DNA from: an archaeon | GTDB taxonomy: Archaea > Iainarchaeota > Iainarchaeia > Iainarchaeales > CSSED10-239 | Assembly (NCBI GenBank): GCA_035387745.1 | Contig: DAOOON010000010.1 | Span: forward strand, 2,157 to 24,351 | Direction: 5' to 3' | Length of the DNA stretch: 22,195 bases | In this document: piece after piece, positions 1-8,048 of the stretch | Position numbering within the stretch: position 1 is the first letter of the stretch | Layout of the letters: each line of letters begins with the position of its first letter | The notes under the pieces: model-generated | Database searches by the model: none | Told to the model about the DNA's origin: nothing | Seen by the model: only the letters and a program-made list of their open reading frames with translations | Made by a program: the position numbers and the translations under genes

Positions 1-1
1 T

Positions 2-3000
2 AATCCTCAGACCACTAGCGATAAAACAGAAAAACCAAAGAAAGGTTTCCCAAAAATTGCATTTATTCTTATTGCAGCAATTGTTTTGATAATAATCTTA
101 ATATTATTATTTAGTGGTGGCAAAAAAACACTAGGAGTATATGTAGTAGATGAGCAAAACTATTCGCTTGGTGGCGTAAATGTGTCATTAAACAACGAAA
201 TAACCCAAAGCACAGATGCTTTTGGTTACACAGAGTTCAAAGACCTAAAATTTAAAGATGTAGAAATAAAAGCCACAAAAGAAAGCTACACTACTCAAAC
301 AAAACAAATAAAACTAAATAAAAAACTACAAGAAGAAACTATAACTCTTAAAGTGGATACAACATCTGCGGAATTTAGAGGAATCACTTCTGAGAGACGC
401 AGAGAAATAATTTTTAAAAGCTACGATGTAGTTGTAACAGACAGTCTAAATGTTACTTTTAAATGTTCTAATTCTGAAAAGATTCCAGAACCAAGAGCAA
501 CAACAGTAACAAATGGAAGAACAAATGTATTACAACCTAGTAATTGTGGTTCTTTATTAGTAAGTGTAACGTCTTCAAACTATGAATTAATAACAGATAG
601 AAATATTAACGAAAATAACATAGTTGAACTAACTAGAGTAAATACAAATACTGGAATGTTAGAAGTTACAGTTAAAGACATTAGCGGGCAAGCAGTGCCT
701 TATACTAATCTAAGACTAAATAATATAGATGATTTACAAACTTCAACAAACGAATCAGACATAACGTTTAGCACAGGAATAACAGATATTTATGGGAAGT
801 ATAAGTTTAATGTGCCACAATCAAATTATCTTTTGTCAATAGATAAAACAGGATATATAAGCCTTCCAAAACTAGGACCATATAATATTATTAATAATAA
901 TCTAACAACAGCAAGTATTACTTTAATTACTGCTTCTGATTTAGCAAATCTTAATTGTTCAAACCCAATATATGCGCCATTTTGTAAAGATGGAGAAATT
1001 GATTGTAATAGCCAATTATTAACAGGTTTAGTTACTCCTAATCCAAACGGAACGGGCTGTACAATAGGGAGACTAACTAATTTAATTGTTAAACTAAAGG
1101 ATCAAAATACAAGTGCGCCAGTTACAGGAAATATTTCAGTTTATAGAAGAGACCAAAACGTTTTAAGTTTAATTACAACAAGAAGAGATGTAAATCAAAC
1201 AACTTTTGTTCTTAATGCAAGTAATCATTACAAAATACTTGTATCTAACACAGAGGATAATGGTTATTTACCACCAACACCAATAGATGTCAATAATCTT
1301 TCAGCAGATACAAACACAACTATAGAGATTCCTTTAGAATATCTCTCTTCATTAAATAGCGGAAGCATAAATGTTAATGTAACAAAAAACGGTTATAAAA
1401 GAGCAAATGCATTAGTTTATTTGTTTTATGAGTTAGATGACGAATATGTGTTATACAATCCAGAAAATCCAAAAAGCACAAATTCAAATGGAGATGCAAA
1501 TTTTGAATTTATAAGAAGTAACAGAGAATATTATGCTTATGCAATATTAAGAAACGAAAGTGCAGACGGGGACTCTCTACCAACACAAGAACTTGATAAT
1601 AATGATATTTTAGAATTAGAGGTGTCTTTAAGTAATCAATCAAAAACTCTTAATCTTAAAATAACCCCAAGTCAAGACTATAATATTTCTTTTTTTGAAG
1701 TTTCAGGAGAACAAATTCCAACAGAAAGCGTAGTTTCTACTAATGTTACAGGAGATACAAACAAAACCTTTGTTTTTAATTGTGGAGAAGAGTGTTCAAG
1801 AATATATTTGATTATTGAAAAAGGAGACACATTATATCAAACAGACCTGATATCGCTATTTCCTGGACAAGTTGCATACAAAGAAATAGCCTTCCCTACA
1901 ACGTTATCAGAAATTCAAACAACCACTTCCTTTTTAGGCCTTTATGATTCAACAGGCACAATAGAGATAGACAATTTAACTTTTTCAGGTGATAATGATC
2001 TAACAAAAGAATACAAAATTAAATTTAAAACTGTATTTGGTTCAGACAGAACAGATGTAATAAAGAAAGCATTTATTAAAGCAGGGAGATATCTAACAGA
2101 GAATGCGGATTTTATTTATTTAACAAATACTGACCTGTTTGTACCAGAAGACACAGATATAATCACTGGCTGTAGATATCATGGGGATTTAGAATCTTGG
2201 GATAGCAATTATTTTATTACAAACTTTGAATCAGATTATTCTTTTAACAACTGTACTGCAGGAAAATATAAGTGGCTAGAGTTTGATTTTAGTGATATTA
2301 ATGCAAACATTATAGAATATTCAGTAAATATTAAATTCAAAAACGAGATTACCACAATTGACAATTACAAAATCTATTACAGATCAATAAATTCAAATTT
2401 AGAAACCTTCTCCTTTTCTCCAAATCTTTCAAACTGGAACGACTGGTCAATAAGACCAGAAGGATATTTCTATGCGCCAACACAAGTAGAAGCAATGCCT
2501 TTTGATAATTCTAATTATTCGCACGTAGTTAAGTTATATGACCAAAATGGAGAACTAACTAAATTCGGTTCAGATTATATACTTTATATTGATAACGACT
2601 ACAATTATAGTTTAAGTTTCATACAGTTTTCCGATACCAATAGAACAGGAGACATAATTACAGATAGTCAAAACACAAACGAAAACTATGTTTTTACAAA
2701 TAGTTATTTTAAAGACAAAACTTCAACAAATCCAATTATACAAACAATAGACAATAATATTTCTTTTAATATTTCTTCAAAAACCACAAGCATCGGTTAT
2801 TGCTTTATTAATTATTTAATAGGCAAACCAATAGATTTCTTTTCATTAACCGGTCAGCCAGCACTAAGAACACAGTTATTTAAAAACAATAGCTCATCTT
2901 TAGCAACTGCTTTAACAAATGTGTTATCTTATTCAGAAAGCGCATATGTTCCAGTTGTTACTTCCAAAGCAACAGATAGAGAAATCTATGTTGGTTCTAA

Positions 3001-5908
3001 TGATCTTAATATAAGTTTAAAGAACAGTACAGGCAACTTTGAGAATAATGTCTTAGTGAAATATATAATCTCTGGTCAAACAATTGCTACAGATCTAGGA
3101 GAAATTACTAATAACATATTAAATACAGAAATATTTATTCCTTTAGAAGAGTCAGGAAAAACCATAACTTTTATTTTTACAATCCTTAATTCTAATCTTC
3201 CAAACAACGAATTAACCTTATCAAAAATTATAGGAACCGGCATAGAAATCTATGATCTTAATAATAATTTAATAACAAACAATAATAGATTAGGATATGA
3301 TATTCTTTTAACAAATATTTCTGGGGAGAAAAAAGCATCAGAATCAGTTAAAGACTATATTATAAAGAATAATATAAATAGAGAAGTAAAATTAGAAAAC
3401 GTTTCTATTTCTGATAGCGAGGCATTTTTAGAAGAAGAAATTAATCAAAATTTAATATCAGTTAATGAGTTACCAAAAGACTTAAACCAAAGTAATGTGA
3501 TTTCTGCAGGATTATTTATTGATTCAAATACAAATATTCAAGATATTAATTTTAATTACAATAATTTATTAACCATAAAAAATACAGGAGATATGCCAGA
3601 CATAACACTTTACAAAGACACAAACTCTTATGCAAGAATTAAAATATTAAATATTCAAGACTTTTCTAAGTTTACAACAACTAATGTTAATGGTTTTTAT
3701 GAAGATACAAACGGTTCAGGAATAGAGCTAATAAAAGATGTTATTAGTAATATTTCAATAAGTTATGATCTTAATCTATTATTTACAAGCCCTGTAAACT
3801 ATGATATTTTAGACACACAGATTGTTGGAGAAGACATCTCTAATTATATTAATTTTACTCAAGCACACACAAATAATTTATCTCAAAATAGATTGCTTGG
3901 AAATTTCAATTTTACATTTGTTCTAAAAAATATTAATTTTACAGAAATTATAGAAAAAGACGCAAATATAAACATAAAGATTGGTAATCAAACAGAAAAT
4001 TTTAGTTATGAGATTCCTATAAAAATAACACTATATCCAAAAAATAAAAGTTATAACTTAGCCTCTCAAGGTACACATCTAGCTATTGCTTGTAAAGAAG
4101 AAAACGATTGTAATTCTACGCTAGTCTATACTCTTAAAAACAACACAAGAAGTTATGATTTAAATTTAACAGGAATACAACTACAAGACTCTAATCCGCT
4201 TACTTATAATGTGGCATCGGAAATTCAAATTCCTATAAGTATAACTCAAAATGAGATTCCAATAATAATTGATGGAAACTATATCAATCTAAGAACAATC
4301 CCGGAGTTACATAAAATCTTTACTAAACAAATGAATTTTTCTCTAAATATTAATAATGTGCCAATCACAGAAACAAAACCACTAACCATAATTGTAACAT
4401 ATATTCCAGAAGATCCAGAAACAGAATTAAGTAACACAGGAATTACAAGTAATTTCTGTATGGGCGTAGGCGGACAAGCACAAGGTAGAGATTATGTAAT
4501 TTTAGGTATTTGTGATAACGGAGAGCAAGAGATGTGCAGTGTTGGAGAATCTGCTCTTCCAAAAGTATTATATCAATGGAGAGACCACACACAGAATTGG
4601 CAAACCCTTTGTATAGATAATCAAGAAGAATATGATACAAACAAAATACACTGTGATTCTGTACAAGCACTGTATTCAATATTTACATTAATTAGTTCTT
4701 CAGATTATGATGTAGACCAGAATTATTTTATTTATTTAATGTATGATGGAATAGAATCAGAAGATTTATTAGAGGATTTTAGAGAGCATTACAATCAATT
4801 CATTACGCACAATATTTCATCAATATTTTCAGAAAGATATTTAGATTTATATCACGATAATGAAATTACAATAACAAAAAGAACGCCGAACGATACGCCT
4901 ACAAAAGAAGTTGGAAAATATAAGATAGTGATTAATAATTTCGATTCTTTATTTACAAATAATCTTAATATCAACTTAGAATTAGTTCAGAATATCCCAT
5001 TAAATAAGAATAATCTATTCTATTATATACCAATAGATGGAGACTTTGGAGTAACAAATAATAAGGCACATAGAATTGGTTATGGTTCAACTATTGTTGG
5101 AGATTATGATTATTCAGATTTATTAGTAACTGAACCCTCTCCAACAAACATTAAATTATATGAGAAGCAAGAAAATTGTACCGATGATTGTTCAGGAGTA
5201 ACAAACATTACTGCAAGCTATCCAAATAACTATCTAGTAAATTGGCAAGTTGAAGATGTTTTAAAATCTAATGGCAATTTATTAGATTTAGCAGTAGACA
5301 ACACAACAGATTTTGAAAAGAAAAACATAGTATTTAATTTCACGCCTTCAAAACCAGTACAAGTGTTTGCAAGAGTAAATGGTATAAATAGTAAGAACTT
5401 TAACTATAAACTAATGATTAATGATCAATTCTCAGTAAGCACAGCAAATCTGATTAAGTGGAAAGAGTTTTCAGATTCCAATTACGATAATACTATAGAT
5501 GATGCATCAGTTTTTGGGCAACATGCAAACTATTTAAGACACGAGCTTACAAAAGAGAAATTCAAAAGCAAATTTGGAAATAATTTAGCCGCGAAATATT
5601 TGTTAGAATCAATGATTTATTTGCCAGTAAATATAGAATATTCTAATATTAAATTAACATTATTAGATTTAGATAATAATCTAGAATCTAAACTATATGG
5701 AATAAATAGTTTAGAGGGAACTACAGAATTAGCCATAACCTCTAAGGTTTCAGATATCTATTCAATAAATCAAATATTAAACCAAGTAAAAGACGGAAAT
5801 GCTTGTATCTCAAATACCTTGTCTAGTTCAAAAATTAAATGGGTTACAAAAAAGATTGAAATCCCACAAGGTTATAGATACCAAATAGAAAGCAATTATA
5901 ATAATTAA
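2..5908 (+). CDS. Giant membrane-anchored surface protein, paralog A (5'-partial, at least 1968 aa visible); multi CarboxypepD_reg-like beta-sandwich repeats plus a conserved Cys-rich C-terminal module
   Basis: The frame is open from nt 2 (NPQTTSDKTEKPKKGFPKIAFILIAAIVLIIILILLFSGG...). The TTG at 86 in the ORF track therefore sits inside a TM helix, and the real start is upstream of the window. The protein is collinear with the 2191-aa ORF at 10293..16868 along its whole length, for example KESYTTQTKQIKL vs KESYNTQTKELKL, PEGYFYAP vs PEGYFYSP, FIYLMYDG vs FIYLMSDG and YYIPIDGDFG vs YYLPIDGDLG. Repeated V.V.D..G.P..GA.V...TD..G.Y.F units resemble carboxypeptidase-regulatory-like domains. TAA stop at 5906-5908. 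Confidence 0.9.
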   Translation, partial: NPQTTSDKTEKPKKGFPKIAFILIAAIVLIIILILLFSGGKKTLGVYVVDEQNYSLGGVNVSLNNEITQSTDAFGYTEFKDLKFKDVEIKATKESYTTQTKQIKLNKKLQEETITLKVDTTSAEFRGITSERRREIIFKSYDVVVTDSLNVTFKCSNSEKIPEPRATTVTNGRTNVLQPSNCGSLLVSVTSSNYELITDRNINENNIVELTRVNTNTGMLEVTVKDISGQAVPYTNLRLNNIDDLQTSTNESDITFSTGITDIYGKYKFNVPQSNYLLSIDKTGYISLPKLGPYNIINNNLTTASITLITASDLANLNCSNPIYAPFCKDGEIDCNSQLLTGLVTPNPNGTGCTIGRLTNLIVKLKDQNTSAPVTGNISVYRRDQNVLSLITTRRDVNQTTFVLNASNHYKILVSNTEDNGYLPPTPIDVNNLSADTNTTIEIPLEYLSSLNSGSINVNVTKNGYKRANALVYLFYELDDEYVLYNPENPKSTNSNGDANFEFIRSNREYYAYAILRNESADGDSLPTQELDNNDILELEVSLSNQSKTLNLKITPSQDYNISFFEVSGEQIPTESVVSTNVTGDTNKTFVFNCGEECSRIYLIIEKGDTLYQTDLISLFPGQVAYKEIAFPTTLSEIQTTTSFLGLYDSTGTIEIDNLTFSGDNDLTKEYKIKFKTVFGSDRTDVIKKAFIKAGRYLTENADFIYLTNTDLFVPEDTDIITGCRYHGDLESWDSNYFITNFESDYSFNNCTAGKYKWLEFDFSDINANIIEYSVNIKFKNEITTIDNYKIYYRSINSNLETFSFSPNLSNWNDWSIRPEGYFYAPTQVEAMPFDNSNYSHVVKLYDQNGELTKFGSDYILYIDNDYNYSLSFIQFSDTNRTGDIITDSQNTNENYVFTNSYFKDKTSTNPIIQTIDNNISFNISSKTTSIGYCFINYLIGKPIDFFSLTGQPALRTQLFKNNSSSLATALTNVLSYSESAYVPVVTSKATDREIYVGSNDLNISLKNSTGNFENNVLVKYIISGQTIATDLGEITNNILNTEIFIPLEESGKTITFIFTILNSNLPNNELTLSKIIGTGIEIYDLNNNLITNNNRLGYDILLTNISGEKKASESVKDYIIKNNINREVKLENVSISDSEAFLEEEINQNLISVNELPKDLNQSNVISAGLFIDSNTNIQDINFNYNNLLTIKNTGDMPDITLYKDTNSYARIKILNIQDFSKFTTTNVNGFYEDTNGSGIELIKDVISNISISYDLNLLFTSPVNYDILDTQIVGEDISNYINFTQAHTNNLSQNRLLGNFNFTFVLKNINFTEIIEKDANINIKIGNQTENFSYEIPIKITLYPKNKSYNLASQGTHLAIACKEENDCNSTLVYTLKNNTRSYDLNLTGIQLQDSNPLTYNVASEIQIPISITQNEIPIIIDGNYINLRTIPELHKIFTKQMNFSLNINNVPITETKPLTIIVTYIPEDPETELSNTGITSNFCMGVGGQAQGRDYVILGICDNGEQEMCSVGESALPKVLYQWRDHTQNWQTLCIDNQEEYDTNKIHCDSVQALYSIFTLISSSDYDVDQNYFIYLMYDGIESEDLLEDFREHYNQFITHNISSIFSERYLDLYHDNEITITKRTPNDTPTKEVGKYKIVINNFDSLFTNNLNINLELVQNIPLNKNNLFYYIPIDGDFGVTNNKAHRIGYGSTIVGDYDYSDLLVTEPSPTNIKLYEKQENCTDDCSGVTNITASYPNNYLVNWQVEDVLKSNGNLLDLAVDNTTDFEKKNIVFNFTPSKPVQVFARVNGINSKNFNYKLMINDQFSVSTANLIKWKEFSDSNYDNTIDDASVFGQHANYLRHELTKEKFKSKFGNNLAAKYLLESMIYLPVNIEYSNIKLTLLDLDNNLESKLYGINSLEGTTELAITSKVSDIYSINQILNQVKDGNACISNTLSSSKIKWVTKKIEIPQGYRYQIESNYNN

Positions 5909-5942
5909 GATTAAAAATTAAATTAACAACTGTGAGAAGGCA

Positions 5943-6479
5943 ATGAAAAAAGAAAAACTTACATTATTTATCTGGGGATTTATTATTTTCTTTTTAGGCC
6001 TTATTTTTGCTTTATCTTTTGTGCATACAACAACCAGCATATCAAGACAAAATCAAGAATATCTAAATTATAAGCTGTATTCGGCAAGAGAATTAAATCA
6101 TTTTAGAAATGACTTTAATCAATCTGCAGAAGAATTAATATTTTTTAGAGTTTCAACATATCCAAAAACAACAAAAAGCCAGATCTTTGCTTTTAAAAAA
6201 GAAGATTTTCAAAAATATACTGAAAAATTAAGTTTGCAGTCAGTAAATGGAGATCTTTTTATTGTGATTTCAAAAAACAGTTTAGAAGATAAAATAAAGA
6301 TTAAAGATCAAATAACCGATATTGAAATTCCGCTTATAGAATATTTAAAGACTGGTGCAAATTATACTGGTGGAAATATTACTACTAATTTTTGTCCATG
6401 TTTTGAATTTAGTTCAAAAGCCATTTATCATCTTTATGACTGTAAAGACTGGGGCTGTAGATTAAGCATAATTAAATGA
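5943..6479 (+). CDS. Hypothetical N-terminally membrane-anchored or secreted protein (178 aa), Cys-containing C-terminus
   Basis: ATG lies 34 nt after the giant gene and is preceded by GAGAAGG. The N-terminus MKKEKLTLFIWGFIIFFLGLIFALSF is basic then hydrophobic (signal anchor). The C-terminus has CPC...C...C. No family recognised. Confidence 0.7.
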   Translation: MKKEKLTLFIWGFIIFFLGLIFALSFVHTTTSISRQNQEYLNYKLYSARELNHFRNDFNQSAEELIFFRVSTYPKTTKSQIFAFKKEDFQKYTEKLSLQSVNGDLFIVISKNSLEDKIKIKDQITDIEIPLIEYLKTGANYTGGNITTNFCPCFEFSSKAIYHLYDCKDWGCRLSIIK

Positions 6480-6515
6480 TTTTATCTAAAATCCTCCTGT
6501 TTTATCCATGAGAAG

Positions 6516-6548
6516 TTATATAAATATATTTAAGTAATATATTATATA
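6516..6548 (+). promoter_or_regulatory. Candidate archaeal TATA-box region for the downstream operon (two TATA-like elements)
   Basis: This is the only sizeable intergenic gap (175 nt) in the surface locus. TTATATAAATATA lies at 6516-6528 and TATATTATATA at 6538-6548. The second element is centred about 30 nt upstream of the micro-ORF ATG at 6574. TATA-like strings are frequent in AT-rich DNA, so this is weak. Confidence 0.3.
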
Positions 6549-6573
6549 GTAAATAGGGGAAAAAAGAGAATAT

Positions 6574-6645
6574 ATGAAATTAACTCTAAAGGCAATTATA
6601 GTTATACTCATAATAGAATTTATTGTTTTATTATTATTTTGGTGA
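6574..6645 (+). CDS. Possible 23-aa hydrophobic micro-protein (MKLTLKAIIVILIIEFIVLLLFW)
   Basis: ATG..TGA micro-ORF, not in the ORF track. It forms a single TM-like helix. It is in the same frame as the 459-aa gene and separated from it by TGA plus 3 codons. Coding status is unproven. Confidence 0.25.
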   Translation: MKLTLKAIIVILIIEFIVLLLFW

Positions 6646-6654
6646 TTAATAAAA

Positions 6655-8034
6655 ATGTCAATTACAAATTGCAAAAACAGAGGATTATTATTAATAGTAG
6701 TAATAGTAATTGCAGTTTTCTTTGTAAACAATGTCTTTGCAATAAATCCAGAAATATTAGGATTAAAACAATCGCATCTTGAAAGTATAATCTGCAATTA
6801 CAGTTCTCAAACAAATAATTGTGTTCTTGAGGGCGGAGACTATAACATAACTGGAGAAATATCTCCTGAGACTTCGAATATAAATTTAGTAATTAATCAA
6901 GACACCAATTTTAATGTTTCTTGTGTAAGCTCAAATTCAGTAGATAATAATTGTTACATAATGGGAGACGAAAACAGAATAGACGTTGTTTTTTCTGATT
7001 TTAATTCTATTACTATCGATTCTAATGTTAAGATTAATATTAATAGAGAGCATCTAATAGACACAAAACTTGAATTTAAAAACCTTGATTTAATTATTAA
7101 TGGAAGATTAGATATAACCAAAGATAATAATGCTTGTTTAGGAGAGGCATATACTAACGGATATTTATACTCATATATCCCTAAAATAGAGGTTTTTTTT
7201 GATAAATTAGAGGTAGGTAATAACGGAATATTAAATACCCAAATTAAAAAAGATTATCAGGGATATGATGTTGGTTGTGGCAGTTATGATAGTTTAACTA
7301 ATCTGTTATCATCAATAGAGGATACCGATTGGCAAGCGGGAGAAGTAACTAATCTGTTTGTAGATAAGATTAGTTTTAATGATGTTATAAATAATGGCGT
7401 TATTAATTTAAACTGCCAAACAAAAGTGGATAATACAATATATAAATATGATAATTGTAATTTTTATTTTAATAATTTGGCAGTTAACTTGCCAAAAAAG
7501 GTAATTAATGCAAATAATTATGGCATATTATTTGTCTCGACTTGTGGGCCAATATATTTACCTGACAATGTAGATTATAATATTTGTAAATTAAATTATA
7601 TAAGACCAGATACAAATGTGATTGATTTAAATAATGCAAATACTGGTGTAGCAATAATAAATAAAGTAAACAAATTTTGTGTTAAAGGTAGTATCTCTGA
7701 TCAGATATCTGAATATCTTTTTACTAGCGATTCAAACATCGAATCAAGACCAGTAATCTTTGGGACAATTAATTCTGCAATTACCTCTCAACCACTTGAT
7801 GTTTCTTTAGCCTCTGATAATAATTCAGGACTATATAATACAAAAAATATAAATCAAAGAATTTCTCCAATATCCCAAACAGAAAATATTTTCTTTAAGT
7901 TGTTTTTACCAAACAACTATTCAACAGATACAAATCTATTAGATTCATATCTATTTAGATTTAAATTAAATAGTAATTCACAAGTTGGCTATCCAGAAAT
8001 TGGACTAGATTATCCATTTAAAATACACAAATAA
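6655..8034 (+). CDS. Secreted beta-solenoid-like protein (459 aa), glycine-poor paralog of the 745-aa protein
   Basis: Sec-type signal peptide MSITNCKNRGLLLIVVIVIAVFFVNNVFA|IN. Motifs shared with the next gene: FNDVINNGVINLN vs LYNFINGVININ, LNYIRPD vs INYLRPG, and C-terminal YLFRFKLNSNSQ vs YLLRFRLQSQAD. Asn/Ile-rich repeats of the xNIxIx type. Confidence 0.85.
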   Translation: MSITNCKNRGLLLIVVIVIAVFFVNNVFAINPEILGLKQSHLESIICNYSSQTNNCVLEGGDYNITGEISPETSNINLVINQDTNFNVSCVSSNSVDNNCYIMGDENRIDVVFSDFNSITIDSNVKININREHLIDTKLEFKNLDLIINGRLDITKDNNACLGEAYTNGYLYSYIPKIEVFFDKLEVGNNGILNTQIKKDYQGYDVGCGSYDSLTNLLSSIEDTDWQAGEVTNLFVDKISFNDVINNGVINLNCQTKVDNTIYKYDNCNFYFNNLAVNLPKKVINANNYGILFVSTCGPIYLPDNVDYNICKLNYIRPDTNVIDLNNANTGVAIINKVNKFCVKGSISDQISEYLFTSDSNIESRPVIFGTINSAITSQPLDVSLASDNNSGLYNTKNINQRISPISQTENIFFKLFLPNNYSTDTNLLDSYLFRFKLNSNSQVGYPEIGLDYPFKIHK

Positions 8035-8048
8035 TAGAAAGATAAAAA

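Noticed and set aside
86-5908. ORF-track start (TTG at 86) for the first giant gene
   Set aside because: The reading frame is open from nt 2. Position 86 falls inside the TM helix IAFILIAAIVLIIILILLF, which aligns with the TM region of paralog B. The gene is 5'-truncated by the window edge.
5943-6030. Class III (type IV pilin-like) signal peptide in the 178-aa protein
   Set aside because: MKKEKLTLFIWGF lacks the G/A cleavage residue and the conserved context of prepilin or archaeal pilin signals. It is more simply a signal anchor.
6643-6645. TGA recoding (genetic code 4/25) that would fuse the micro-ORF to the 459-aa gene
   Set aside because: TGA ends the 178-aa, 745-aa and antitoxin ORFs at positions that fit the gene spacing and starts seen. 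The multi-kb ORFs contain no in-frame TGA under the standard code, so TGA appears to be a genuine stop here.
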